Shown: piece after piece, positions 13,071 to 32,089 of the stretch | Position numbering within the stretch: position 1 is the first letter of the stretch | Layout of the letters: every line of letters starts with the position of its first letter | Assembly: GCA_009914755.4 (NCBI GenBank) | Contig: CP068257.2 | Span: 2,624,001-2,688,000 of the forward strand | Origin: the human T2T-CHM13v2.0 reference genome, Homo sapiens | Length of the DNA stretch: 64,000 nt | Direction of reading: 5' to 3' | Translations under genes and position numbers: made by a program | The notes under the pieces: generated by a model | What the model was told of the DNA's origin: nothing | The model's input: the letters and a program-made list of their open reading frames with translations, nothing else | Database searches by the model: none

Positions 13071-16000
13071 TTTCTTTTTTCTTTTCTTTTATTAAGTGGA
13101 TACATGGTAATTTCACATGTTGATGGGGTACAATGTGGTATTTTGATACATGACACATTGTTAAAACCTCTCCTCCCTATCTTTCCCAGTCTGGCAACCA
13201 CTCTTCTACTCTCTATTAGATCAGTGTTTTTACATTTCACATATGAATGAGATCATGTGATATTTGTCTTACCGTGTTTAGATTATTTCACTTGCCACAA
13301 TGTCCTCTATGATCATTCATGTTGTCACAAGTGACACGATTTTACCCTTTTTTATGGCCACATGTGCATATGATATAGTTTGGATATTTTCCCTGACCCA
13401 TATCTTATGTTATATTGTAATCCCCACTGTTAGAGATGGGGCCTGGTAGGGGGTGTTTGGGTCGTGGAGGTGGATCCCTCATGGCTTGGTGCTATCCTCA
13501 TGATGTTGAACGAGTTCTCAAGCTTCCTGACTAGTCAAGCAGATGTTGGCACTATACTCCCTGTACAGCCCATGGAACCAGGAGCCAATTAAGTCTCTTT
13601 TCTTATAAATTATCCAATCTCAGATATTTCTTTATAGGAATGCAAGAATGGCCAAATACAACATATATACCACATTTTCTTTATCCATTCTTTCATTGAT
13701 GGACACTTAGGTTGATTCTAGGCTATTGTGAATAATGCTGTAATAAACATGAGAGTCCAGAAATCTCTTTGACATACTGATTTAATATTCTTTGAATATA
13801 TACCCAGTAGTGGGATTGCTGGATTATGTGATAAGTCTATTTTTAATGTTTTTGGAAGTTATATTGTTTTCCATAAAAATTGCTCTAATTTACATTTCCA
13901 CCAACAGTATATGAACATTCCCCTTTCTTCACGTCCTTGCCAGCATTTGTTATTTTTTGACTTTTTCATAAAAAAGCATTCTAAGCAGGGTGAGATAGCA
14001 TCTTACTGTGGATTTGACTTGCATTTCTCTGATTATTAGTGGTGGTGAGCATTTTTTCACCTGTTAGTGATTTTTTTATCTAATTTGGAGAAATGTCTAT
14101 TCAGCTCTCTTGACTATTTTCTAATCCAATTATTTGTATTTTTGCTGTTGAGTTGTTTGAGTTTTCTATAAATTTGGGATATTAACCCCTTATGAAGTGA
14201 ATAGTTTGCAGATATTTTCTCCCATTTTATAGGTTGTCTCTTCACTCTTGTGATTGTTTCCTATGCAGTGCAGAAGTTTTTATTTGGTGTAATCCCATTT
14301 CTTTATTTTTGCTTTTGTTGTGCATGTCTTTTGATGTCTTTTCTAAAAAGTCCTTGCCCAGACCAATGACATATAACATTTCACCTGTTTTCTTCTACTA
14401 GTTTCATAGTTTGGTGTCTTAAATTTAAATATTTAATTTATTTTGAGTTGATTGTTGTGTATGATGAGAGATAGTGGTCTACTTTCATTCTTCTATATGT
14501 GGATATGCACTTTTCCCAGCACCATTTGTTGAAAATACTGTCTTTTCCCCATTGAATGTTTGCAACTTTGTCAAAAATAAGTTGCATGTAAATATGTGGA
14601 TTTATGCCTGGGCCCCCTATTTTTGTTCCACTGGTCTACATGCCTGTTTTTATGCCAATACCATGCTGTTTTAGTTAGGATAGCTTTGTAATATATTTTG
14701 AAATTAGATAGTGTAAATCCTCTAGCATTGCTCTTTTTGATTAAGATTTATTTGGCTATTTGGGGTGTTTTGTAGTTTCACATGGATTTTAAGATTTTTT
14801 TAATATCCGTGAAGAATGAAATTGGAAATTTGATAGATATTATATTGGATTTATAGATTGATTTGAGTAGTATGGTCATTTCAGCAATATTAATTCTTCT
14901 AGTCTGTGAACATGGGATATCTTTCTATTTATTTTAATTTTTAATTGCTTTTATCAATGTTTAATAATTTTCATCTTTCCATGGCTTAATTTATTTTTAG
15001 GTATTTTGTTTTTTTAATAGCTATTTTAAATGGAATTACTTTCTTGATTCCTTTTTCAGATAGTCTGCTATTGGTGTATAGAGATGTTATTGATTTTTTA
15101 TGTTGCTTTTTTATCCTGAAAGCTTATTGTGTTCATTTACTATTTATGATTCTCAGTGGTGTATTTACGGTTTTTTACATATATGATCATGTCATCTGCA
15201 AAGAGGGATAATTTGACTTTTTTTTTCCACTTGGATGCCTTTTATTTCTTTCTCTTACCTAATTGTTCGGACTAGGACTTCCATTACTATGTTGAAAAAA
15301 GTGATTAAAGTGAACATCCTCGTCTTCTTCCAGATCCTAGAGGCAAAACTTTCAAGTTTTCACCATTCAGAATAATGTTGCCTGTGGGTTATCACATATG
15401 GTCTTTATTTTATTGTGTTCTTTTATAACTAATTTGTTAAAAGGTTTGATCATAAAAGATGTCTAATTTTGTCAAAGGCTTTTTCTGCATCTATTGAAAT
15501 GATTATTTTTTATCCTTCATTGTTTAATGTGATGTATCACATTTTATTGATTTACATGTATTAGACTATCCTTACCTCCCTGGGTAAATACCATTTGATT
15601 ATGGTGAATAATCTTTATAATGTGCTTTTGAATTATCATTGCTATAACTGCTGGTTTTGAATGTTTGCATCTATGTTTATCAATGATATTGGCCTGGAGT
15701 TTTCTTTTATTTGCTGTTCTTGTCTCATTTTGGAATTAGGAAATGCTGTCTTCATAGAATGAGTTTGGAAGAGTTCCCTCCTTTTCATTTTTTTGAAATA
15801 GTTTGTAAAAAATTTGTATAAGTTCTTTAAATGTTTTGTAGAATTTGTCAGCGAAAACCACCAAGTCATGAACTTTTCTTTCTTCCTCTATTTTTTTAGA
15901 GACAGGGTCTCACTCTATCACTGAAGCTGGCATACAGTGGTGCAGTCATAGCTGACTGCAGCCTCAAACTCCTGGTCTTAAGTGATCCTCCTGCCTCAGC

Positions 16001-16500
16001 CTCCTGAGTACAAATACACACCACTATACTTGGATAATTTTTATTTTTATTTTTAGAGATGGAGTCTCATTGTGTTGCCCAGGCTAATCTTGAACTCCTG
16101 GCCTCTGGTGATTCTCCTGCCTTGGGCTCCTAAACTGTGAGATTACAGGTGTGAGCTACTGTGTGAAGTCTTTTGGATTTTCCTTGACTGAGAGCCTAAA
16201 TCGCTCCTTCAATCTCATTAGTTGTCATTGGTGTGTTCACATTTTCTATTTCTTCTTTCTTCAATTTTGATAGGTTATATGTGTCCAGAGCGTACGTATT
16301 TCTTCTAAGTTTTTCAATTTATTGGCATATAATTGTTTGTAGTACTTACTCATGGTTCCTTATATTTCTCTAGAGTCTATCATAGTATATCCTTTTTCAT
16401 CTCTGATTATATGTGAATTTTCTCTTTTTTTCTTAGTCTGACAAAACATTTGTCGTTTACCTTTTCTTTTTTTTTTTTTATGGTGTCAATGATATTCTTT
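13071..16500 (-). mobile_element. older L1 (L1PB/L1MA-like), 3' half, antisense; host of the nested Alu and the young L1
   Basis: A poly-T/TC run at 13071-13094 (poly(A) in reverse complement) is followed by the reverse complement of the L1 3' UTR and ORF2 C-terminus (…ggacacttaggttgattctaggctattgtgaataatgctgtaataaacat…tgggattgctggattatgtgataag… ccaccaacagtatatgaacattcccc…). It is collinear with the consensus, and most of 14100-15890 is reverse-complemented ORF2. Confidence 0.7.
15893..16163 (-). mobile_element. full-length Alu (old subfamily, AluJ-like) antisense
   Basis: tttttttagagacagggtctcactctatcactgaagctggcatacagtggtgcag…cctcagcctcctgagtac… A-rich linker …gagatggagtctcattgtgttgcccaggctaatcttgaactcctggcctctggtgattctcctgcc…gattacaggtgtgagctactgtg is the reverse complement of a dimeric Alu. 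Confidence 0.85.
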
Positions 16501-16508
16501 ATTCTAAC

Positions 16509-22900
<6,392 letters not shown>

Positions 22901-23344
22901 TTCCAACAAGAGTTTGCCACCTCCTATTTTTCTTTTTTCTTAACCAAACTAAGTTTAGCCTTTTAATCCTTCACCCCCCTCCACTTCTAATGCCATTGCT
23001 TCTTTGTATGTTTATTGTATTTTCCATGCTATATGACTTTCAGCTGGTTATTTACAGTATGTAAATTTTAATATCCTGTAAAAGAGGGATAGTAATAGCA
23101 TCCATTTGATAGGGATGTTAAAGATATTAAATGACACTGTCCATGTTAAATAACTTTTTGAGATATATTGAGATGTTTCTGTACTTCCTTGTTCTGGCCC
23201 TCTTGTTGAACCAGAGGAATCTATTGCCATGAAAAGCAATAAAACTGTGATAGTAGAAATTAAAAGTGAGGAGGAACTTATTTAAAAATCATCATTCTCC
23301 TTTTCAATGCAAAAATAAGAACTAGAAACTTTTTTAAAAACATT

Positions 23345-23580
23345 TTTAAGTTAAATTTACTTTTTATTTATTTATTTATTATGCTTTAAGTTCTGGGGTA
23401 CATGTGCAGAATGTGCAGTTTTGTTACATATGTATACACGTGCCACAGTGGTTTGCTGCAACCATCAACCCGTCATCCACATTAGGTACTTCTCCTAATG
23501 CTATACTTCCCATAGCCCCCCATCCCCTGACAATTCCCAGTGTGTGATGTTCCCCTCCCTGTGTAGGCAGTAGTCCAAAG
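23345..23580 (-). mobile_element. short L1 3'-UTR fragment with (TTTA)n tail, antisense
   Basis: ttttatttatttatttatt followed by atgctttaagttctggggtacatgtgcagaatgtgcagttttgttacatatgtatacacgtgccacagtggtttgctgcaaccatcaacccgtcatccacattaggtacttctcctaatgctat. This is the reverse complement of an L1PA 3' end. Confidence 0.7.
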
Positions 23581-24289
23581 TAATAACTTATGGAAGATAA
23601 CTTGGGTTTTTTAATCTTAAAGTGTTCTTTTATATATTCAAGGGTCGAGATTGGCTGCCTTGAATTCTACTAAAATTTCAATGTAAGTTTTAGAGAGGGA
23701 GGAAAGAGTCAAAGAAAAAATTGCACTGGAAAAAGTTAAATAAATAAAGAAGATATTATTCAAGCTATTGCAATACGGGAGAGAGGCCAGACCTAGTCTG
23801 ATCTCAGCTCCCCTGATACAAAGGGCCGTGGATTTTTTGAAAGTGAGGGTAAGGGGGCGATCATAGGCCACCTGTCTTTGCTAACTGTCTTTTCTCAAAG
23901 GAAAAATAAACTTTCTTTTATCTTTATGATATAAGGTAATTTTTACAACTTGGAGCAAGATTAGGCTCTTAGTCTCTCATGGATACTGGGAAATAAGGTA
24001 TTATCTTTCTGGAGGACTACATTTGAAAGAGATGGCTCCCAGATCCTTGAAAAAGGAAATTTTCTGCTTACAAATTACACATGCCACTTCTACCTGCATT
24101 TCACTGGCCAAACAAGTCACATGTCTAAATCTGACCCTTCCTTCAATAGGACAGAAATGTATAATCTTCTAGGAGATAGGGCCACTGCAGTAGGAAGACC
24201 AGATAATGGGAGAATGGTAATATAATCTATCGCAATGACCACAGTGAAAACGTTAGTAATCCCCAGGGTTAAACCAAGTCTTCTTGGAC

Positions 24290-25260
24290 ACTTAGGTTGA
24301 TTCTAGGCTATTGTCAATAGAGGAATAACAAAAAATAAAGAGAATAGCCCATTTATTTTTTGCAGAGAAGCTAGACAATTCACAGTAACTTATGGCCTAG
24401 ACAATTTTATTTCTTGATCAGCACAACTCTTTATAGATGCCTGTGATCCAAAAATGTGGATTCCTAATCGTCCCCAAAAAGAAGGGATACTCTGCAAGGC
24501 AACCTGGGAGGGAGTTTAGGATTGTTCTGAGGCAGTGAAAGCCATTGAGATTCACATGTAAGAGGGTAGAGAAAGGAAATCCACATGTTTTGATCCCTCC
24601 GTGTGCTGGATATAACTTGGTCTTCATTACATTGCACCACCTTTGGTGTCAGAGAGAACTGGATTTGAATCCCAGTTCCATCACTCATTATGATTTGATG
24701 GTGAATGTGTTTTTAACTCGTCTGAGCCTCAGTTTGCTCATCTATAAAAGATGGGATTGTTATGAGACTTGCATAAGGTAAGTGTTTAAAAATCTGGGAA
24801 TTATCCCTGTAATTTAAAAGATGGGGTTGTGATAAGGCTTCAATAAGGTAAGTGTGTAAAAATCTGGACACAATGTTACTAATTTTGTAGGTTTTCAATA
24901 TATAGAGAAGGAGGATTATTTTCCTCTCATTTAATTTTTAGAACAAGTTTATAAAATTAGTATTGTTCATATTTTTGAGATAATCAAAGGATTAGTAGGT
25001 TTAAATAAATCACCATAGTCACAAAGCAGTTCACAATATATTAACTGGATAATTGCTAGTGAAAAGTAGCAATGATGGTCACATTGAAAATCTTGTGTTA
25101 GGTGGTGGTTTTCTCTTGCATAAGCCTCTTCATTTGTTGATACCATAGATTCTAAGTTTGCTCTATCAAAGTGATCATTAGAAAAATATAAGGTACTTAG
25201 TGTATAAATTTTAGAAAATTTCCTTTTTAGTCCTGTTAGTTTGATTGAATATGTGCATTT
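24290..25260. repeat. local duplication, copy A (paralogous to 26885-28240); contains a MIR-like core with an internal ~60-bp tandem duplication
   Basis: Long collinear similarity to copy B: …tttattttttgcagagaagctagacaattcac…cctgggagggagtttaggattgttctgaggcagtgaaagccattgagattc…ggatttgaatcccagttccatcactcattatgatttgatggtgaatgtgtttttaactcgtctgagcctcagtttgctcatctataaaagatggg… tcaccatagtcacaaagcagttcacaatatattaactggataattgctagtgaaaagtagcaatgatggtcacattgaaaatcttgtg…. Confidence 0.7.
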
Positions 25261-25529
25261 TGAATTATGAATATAAATATGAATACGTATGACATATGAA
25301 ATATGACTTGACATCACAGAGTAACCTTAGATCGTGGTAATGTTTTATTCTGAAAGCACCTGCAGAAATGTATCTTCTTTCTAGTTTCCAAAAAACTCAG
25401 AGGCCATGGGGGAAGAGGGGACTTTGGCTGTCAGATAGTGCATGAGGTACATTAGGATACAGTAATTCCATCATAATTCATATTCATAATTCACAGTGAG
25501 AAAAACTGAAAGTTGCTACAAACTACCAA

Positions 25530-26300
25530 TAAATGAAAGGTGGGGCGGGGTCGCTGGGGGGCGCGGCTTTGTGACCTACTGCCTGGACTCCCAAGTCACA
25601 AATGGAAGGGCAGCGCTTGGAAGGAACTCAAGGCCTGATTGGTTCTTCCTAAGCAGGACACGATCTGGTTGGCAGGGCAACCGGCCTTCAGTTGGTGGCC
25701 TTCAGTGGGTGCCTTAAGTTGGTGGCATTTGGTTGCCTTTCCTGGAGAGAGGTGGCAGGTGCTCAGCTCTGCAGACGTGGGGGCAAGTGAAGGCCCAAGC
25801 TGCCTCGAGAAGAGCAGAGGTGCCCCATGGGGACCACGATGACAAGTCGCATGTGCACCAAAGCCAGCCCCCGGCAGGGCCAGCGCAGGGGTTCTGCAGG
25901 GCCGTCCTGTGGCTCTGATATCTATGAATGGGCGGCCAGCAAAGGCACAGGCACCAGCAGAAAGGAGCAGAGACGTCCAGAACATGCTGTCCCCCAATGC
26001 CAGCCCCAAGCGAGGCCAGCTTAGGGTGCGGTGGGCAGAGCCATCCTGCAGCTCTGAGATCCACGAGGTGGAGGTGGAAGTAGTGCCAGGCTCCACTGCA
26101 TTGGAGCTCGCACAATTTGAGCCCAATTTGATTCCGGAGCCATGACCTGTAGCACATTGGCGACCAGAAGACGCCCAAAGGTAGGGAGGCGACAGACACC
26201 GCTTGGCCTCAGGAGCTCCTCTGGCCGTTGCTGAACCAAGGTTCCCCTAGAGACATCCACAGCCTGGGGCTCCTCCCTTCTTCACCTAGTTCCTTTCCTA
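25530..26300. other. GC-rich, CpG-containing block between the duplicated copies (promoter-like motifs; nature unresolved)
   Basis: ggtggggcggggtcgctggggggcgcgg (GC boxes), gcctgattggttc (inverted CCAAT), then about 700 bp at high GC with some 25 CpGs. At 26131 an ATG (MTCSTLATRRRPK) is followed by aaag|gtaggg, a consensus-like splice donor. Confidence 0.3.
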
Positions 26301-26639
26301 GGCCCAGGCCCCAAGCATGAGGACTGGCTCTGCCTGGGGTCTCCATCCCTTCGTCTTTCCCTGTTGCATCCAGCTGGTTTCTTTTCCCCTCCATACCCAT
26401 ATGCCCAGTTCTGGGCCCTCTTCTTCTTCCTAGAGGCTGGCCAAAAACTAAGTTTTCAAAATACAAAATGGATGCTACAGATTTCGTTGCTGTAGAGGAA
26501 ATGTCTGACAGCTCTTGTATTTAAATTTAAGTAGCTACACTAGGACTCACAGTTTCATATCTTGAGTTCTAGACCAGAGCTCTCTACCCTAAAGCAACGG
26601 CAAGGGGTTAGAGGTACTCTTCTTGATTCTAATAATAAA

Positions 26640-26775
26640 AAATGATTTTTTTGTAGGGACAAGGTGTCACTGTGTTGCCCAAGCTGATCTCAAACCCCTG
26701 GCCTCAAGTGATTCACCCAACTTGGCCTCCCACACTGCTGGGATGACAGGCAAGAGCAACCACACCTGGTCATTG
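26640..26775 (-). mobile_element. Alu fragment (antisense)
   Basis: gtagggacaaggtgtcactgtgttgcccaagctgatctcaaacccctggcctcaagtgattcacccaacttggcctcccacactgctgggatgacaggcaagagcaaccacacctgg. Confidence 0.75.
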
Positions 26776-26884
26776 GAGGTGCTCTTGCTTTGTGTGTTTG
26801 GGCTAGTCTTCAGACGCAGCTGTCAGTAAGATGCTCCTGCCGTATAGTTATATGTCTTTCTGCACAGATTCAGTGGATCCTGTG

Positions 26885-28240
26885 ATTTTTTTACATGGAA
26901 TAGCCCCTTTATTTTTTGCAGAGAAACTAGACAATTCACGTAACCTATGGCCTAGAAAATTTTATTTCTTTATCAACACAACTCTTTGTAGATGCTTGTG
27001 GTCCAAAAATGCAGATTCCTAATAATCCCCACGAATAAGGGGGCCATTGCAAGGCAACCTGGGAGGGAGTTTAAGATTGCTCTGAGGCAGTGAAAGCTAT
27101 TGAAATTCCCACATGAGGGGGCAGAAAAGGGAATCCACATGTTTTGATCCCTCCATGTTCTGGGTGTAACTTTGTCCTCGTTAAATTGCACCATTTTTGG
27201 CATCAGAGAGAACCGGATTTGAATCCCAGTTCCATCTCTCATTATGATTTGATGGTGAATGTGTTTTTAATTCGTCTGAGCCTCAGTTTGCTGATCTACA
27301 AAAGATGTGATTGTCACGAGGCTTCCATAATGTACATGTGTAAAAATCATGGCAAAATGCTTGTAATTTAAAAGAGAGGGTTGTTAGGAGACTTCTTTCA
27401 GGTAAGTATGTAAGAACCTGGACACAATGCCTATAATTTTGTAAGTGTTCAATATATGGAGAAGGATGATTATTTTTCTTTAATTTAATTTTTAGAGCAA
27501 CTTTATAAAATTGGTGATACTCACATATTTGAGATAATCAAACCAAGGATCAGAAAGACTAAATAAATCACCATAGTCACAAAGCAGTTCACAATACATT
27601 TACTGGATAATTTCTAGTTAAAAGTAGCAATGATGATCACATTGAAAATCTTGTATTATCTGGTGGTTTTCTCTTACATAAGCTTCTTGGAATTTAGTAA
27701 GATAAGTTGCAGCTCAAAAAGCAGATCCGTAGAATATTTTGTTCCAGAGATTATAGTGGGAGCCAAAGTATTGCATGAGTTTCGTTGGGAACAAGGTGTA
27801 GGCTGAGAATCTAAGCAAACTTCAGTTGGTGGTTTTCAGTTGGTGGGCAGTGGCAGAAGGAGGAGGAGCTCCGTCTGTGCTCTCTCTTCCCCCAGTCACA
27901 GCCCTCAGGCTTGTTGCATCCAGGCCCTTCTAAGTTAAACCAGACAGGTTGACAGGTTTATTTAGCATTTAGCAGACAAGTCAGCTCAGGGTAGGTGGGT
28001 GAGGTGGGGTGTGGGCTGCTAGTATAGTGCCACACTTTGACCCAGGGCTGCCTGTACCCATGGGGCTATTCCATATATTTTATATATATATGCTTGTTGG
28101 TTTATTAAAACCATAAAAAACATAGATTCTAAGTTGCTCTATCAACGTGATCATTAGAAAAATGTGATGTACTTAGTGTGTAAATTTTAGAGTATTTCTT
28201 CTGTTAGTCTTGTTAATACTCAATTCTTTTCTAAAACACC
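26885..28240. repeat. local duplication, copy B (paralogous to 24290-25260)
   Basis: …cctttattttttgcagagaaactagacaattcacg…cctgggagggagtttaagattgctctgaggcagtgaaagctattgaaattc…ggatttgaatcccagttccatctctcattatgatttgatggtgaatgtgtttttaattcgtctgagcctcagtttgctgatctacaaaagatgtg…tcaccatagtcacaaagcagttcacaatacatttactggataatttctagttaaaagtagcaatgatgatcacattgaaaatcttgt…catagattctaagttgctctatcaacgtgatcattagaaaaatgtgatgtacttagtgtgtaaattttagag. By eye it is about 85-90% identical to copy A. Confidence 0.7.
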
Positions 28241-28319
28241 TAGCCCAAATCTCCATAGGTTTTAATCGAATTGTATTATAATTTGGATTTTCTGGTCTGC
28301 CTATCTTCCAAATAATAAA

Positions 28320-28840
28320 GTTCTTAAAATTAATTTTCTATTGCTGCCATAACAAATTACCACAACTTTGTGGCTTAAATCAAAGACTTACAACCCTATA
28401 GTTCTGTAGGGAAGACCTCTGACTGTGGTCTTACTGGGCTTAAGTCAAGCTGTTGTCAGGGCTGTATTGCTTTCTGGAGGCTCTAGAGAGAATCCATTTC
28501 CTTTTCTGACTTTTAGATGCTGTCCCTATTCCTTGGATCATGGGACAATCCCTCCATCTTCAAAGCCAGTAAAGTGGGATGTCTGTGACCATTGTTCTGT
28601 AGTCATATCACCTTCTGACTGTAGCTAGGAAAGATTCTCTGATTTTATAGACACATGCAATTAGATTAGCCCCCAAGATAATCAAGGATAATCCCCCTAA
28701 CTCAAGGGTTAATCACATCTCCAAAGTCCCTTTTGCCCCATGTAAAGTAATATGGTCACAGATTCCAGGGACTAGAACATCTTTATGGTGTCATTATTTT
28801 GGCTGTCACAAAGGCAAAGTCTTGGACTTATGCATATCTA
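28320..28840 (+). mobile_element. MaLR LTR (MLT1-type)
   Basis: ctattgctgccataacaaattaccacaactttgtggcttaaatcaa…agttctgtagggaagacctctgactgtggtcttactgggcttaagtcaagctgttgtcagggctgtattgctttctggaggctctagagagaatcc… matches the characteristic MLT1 5' region. Confidence 0.5.
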
Positions 28841-29109
28841 GATTTTCTTTGCTTAATTTCAGAGCCTAGAACACATTAGACTCTAAATAAATGTGAATGA
28901 GTGATAAATATTATATTTACAGATTGCTGCCACAATACAATTCTGTCCTCCCACTGGTGGTGGAATCCTATGTACTTTTTACCATCTCCATTTTGCATTC
29001 AGACTAAACATGGCTATGTTATTCCTTTCACCTGAGTGATTTGAAACCATCTCTCTATTTCTATTTGTAGAGATCTTATCTATCAAGCCCTTCTCAAATG
29101 CCACTTCAA

Positions 29110-29500
29110 AAAACTTTTTTTAATCCCCAATTGTCTTAGTCAATTTATGCTCTTACAACAAAATAACGCAGACTAGGCAATTTACGAAAACCAGACATTT
29201 TTCTGTCATAGTTCTGGAGACTAGGAAGTCCAAGATCAAGGCGTTGGCAGGTCTGATGTCTGGTAAGGGCTGTTCTCTCCATTCAAGATGATGTCTTGAT
29301 GCTGCATCTTCCAGAGACAAGGAACACTGTGTCCTCACATAGTGGAAGGCGGGAGGGCAAGAGGGATGAACTCCTTCCATGGAACCCTTTCATGAGGGCT
29401 CCTAAACCCATTCCTGAGGTAGGAGTCCTGATGGCCTCATCACTTCCTGTAGGCTCCACCTCAACACTATCACATTGTCAACACTGAATCTCGGAGGAGG
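29110..29500 (-). mobile_element. MaLR/MER-type LTR fragment, antisense
   Basis: …cacatagtggaaggcgggagggcaagagggatgaactccttccatggaaccctttcatgagggctcctaaacccattcctgaggtaggagtcctgatggcctcatcacttcctgtaggctccacctcaacactatcacattg… is a very common interspersed-repeat motif. Confidence 0.4.
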
Positions 29501-32089
29501 CACAGTGAAACCACAGCACCAATCAAGTATGATCTTTCTCTCCTCAAAAAACCCCTCATATGTTTAGACCTCCCGTGCACTTTTATACATTTTGTCTCAT
29601 GGTTTCTTCCTGTACAAATAAGGTGCTATAAATGGATAGCTATAGTTTTGGGTTTCATTTCAACAAAACACCCTTCCTAGTTTTTTGAACCCCAAGCGAA
29701 ATATGAGGACAGGCCCCACGTTCCATTACAAAAGCAGAAAGGGAATGCATGATCCTTTTTCCAGTTTCTTGGCCACTCACGTGTGGGCACATATCTAGGC
29801 CCAGCCAACTGATGTCTCTTTATTAGAACTAGGAACCCGATGAAATGATGCAAAAGACCTGAAAGAATCAGAGAAGATTCTGAGAAATTGAGCAGAGATG
29901 CAGGTCCAGGAATGTGGCAGCAAGTGCCTAGGTTCAGCAGAGCCCAGCTACATGGTGACAAGTGTCAAATGACAACATCCTAGTGGTGGCATCCAAGATC
30001 TGCTTCCGTCGAATGAACTTGGCTGTGCTGAGTTTCCCTCAGTTCTTACCTTGCTTCTCCAGCATCTTCGAGGATTTTGTGAACTATTCAATATCCTTTC
30101 ATTGAATTCCTGTTTTGCTTAAGTTGTCTAGAATTTGTTATTTTCAGGGAAAAATATAAACCAGTTATCCCCTCACATTAAAACACACTCCACTTAGGCA
30201 TCTCCTGTGATCTCACTGGAGAAAAGTGTGGACGTTATTTGTAATTTGACTCAGAATGATAGGATTAGTTTGGTACTAGTAACAATAGAGATAAGTAACT
30301 AACTTTTTGTGAAACTTCTTCCTGGGGTGAAACAAAATCTATTGTGGAAACTCTTTTCAATCATCTCTGGAAATTTATTAAGTGACCTAGTATATAACGA
30401 TAATTTACCATGATATTTGATAAAATAGTTTTGTGTGTTCAGAATAATTTCTTTTTTCTTTACCTTTGAAAATAATGCATTGATAGTTAATTTTCTCCTA
30501 AATTGTCTGTTTTTATTTCCATAAAAGGTATTTATTGAATGTCTCCTTACTTTTAATATAACTAGGCATTGTGTGATCAAAGAAAAATAAATATGTTCTT
30601 GTTTCTGGAATTACTAAAGCTTTGAAAATGGACTTATCGATCTCAAACCAATGGGACATATTCCTATGTGGTCTGCTCCCCTGTTAGGGTGTCCAGTGTA
30701 AGCGGTGATTCCTTTTCTGTCTTTTTAAAGATTTTAGAAATGCAGCTTCTGCTGTTGGCCACTAGGTGGAGTACTTCAGAGCAGGGTTTGTGGGAGTACA
30801 AAGCTAACTTCTGCTGCTTTTGCTTGATGCTTCTGCAGTTTCCTTGACTACTGTGGATGATAAGTAACCATTTTCTTCCTCTTCTTTCTTTTTGCCCTAC
30901 TCTTTGGAGTGAACTTGAAACATTTAGGAAGTTCATTGATCAACATATACCATGTTTATGAAAATTCGGCTAAGATAATATGGTAGGACTCCTTTGGATA
31001 TAAATAATAGAATTCAAACTCAAACTGGTCTAAGCCAAAAAAAAAAATTAATTTGTGGACTCGTATAATGGAAAAATCCAGGGTATAGCTTCAGAATGGC
31101 TGAACGTAGAGACTCAGGGCTTGGCTCCTCTCCTCTTCCTTGCTTTTTTCTTCCCCATTGATTTTATTCTCAGACAAGTTTTCCCTTTGTGCTGCAATGT
31201 GGCCATCATCACTCCTCCAGTTTACATTTCCTTAGTTCCACAGCCTCAGAATAAAGCAAAAAGAGAAACACTTCTAATAGTTTCAATAAGAGACTAGAGA
31301 TTGACTTTGGGTGTGAGGCTTGGATTTCATGTCCATCTCTAGTTTCATCTGTGCCAGGATTAGAAGTGTATTCACTGGCCAGGCCTGTGTCACGAACTCA
31401 TACAGGGTTTCCACTGTCCACACAGTGCCTTTGCAAGTATTAGAAAATGGCTCCCCTTTCTCCAGTTAGATGCAGCCCTGTATCAGGGCATGTGGCTTGG
31501 GGAAGAGCATGCAGGCTGGATTTCAGCCCCCCTTTCTCCCTTAGCTGGGTTTCTTCCTTGAGTAAACAACATACTTGTTAGTAGCTGTCCTGTGCTTATT
31601 CCTGAAACTGGGGGTGAAATCAGCCCCCACGCCAAAACTGAAGGACAGAAGGTGGCTTTATCTAGGGTCTCAGATAATGGCTAATAACAAAGGGAGGGGA
31701 CAGTGGGTGCTGTGTGGGCAAAAGGAGCAAAAAATAATCCTAACCTGTCTAGACTTCATCTCAGAAGCCATATGCAACCTTCTTCAATGGAAATATTTAA
31801 CACTTCAGGAGTGCCAAGAAGGCTATAAGGAACATATCTCTTAAGGACCTAAGTTAAGGCATTCTAGAATGTATGCTTTATGGATTTACCTTGTAAATAT
31901 ATAACATGGACTAATACACACAGAAAATATATTGCAGAGTAACATAGATGACAGAACTTGAAATACATGACATTCTACCGCAGTCTATCATTATTTTCTA
32001 ACTTATCAAAAGACTCAGAGTATATTTTTTCATATTGATAAATTTCTAACCAGAGCCCTATTTACTCGTGTCTTGAAAAACAGAGTATT

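Noticed and set aside
26125-26172. Calling ATGacctgtagcacattggcgaccagaagacgcccaaag|gtaggg a real first coding exon
   Set aside because: It is only a 13-codon ORF with a weak Kozak context and many upstream ATGs in the same GC-rich block. Without expression or conservation evidence it is kept as an observation under the GC-rich block finding, not as a feature.
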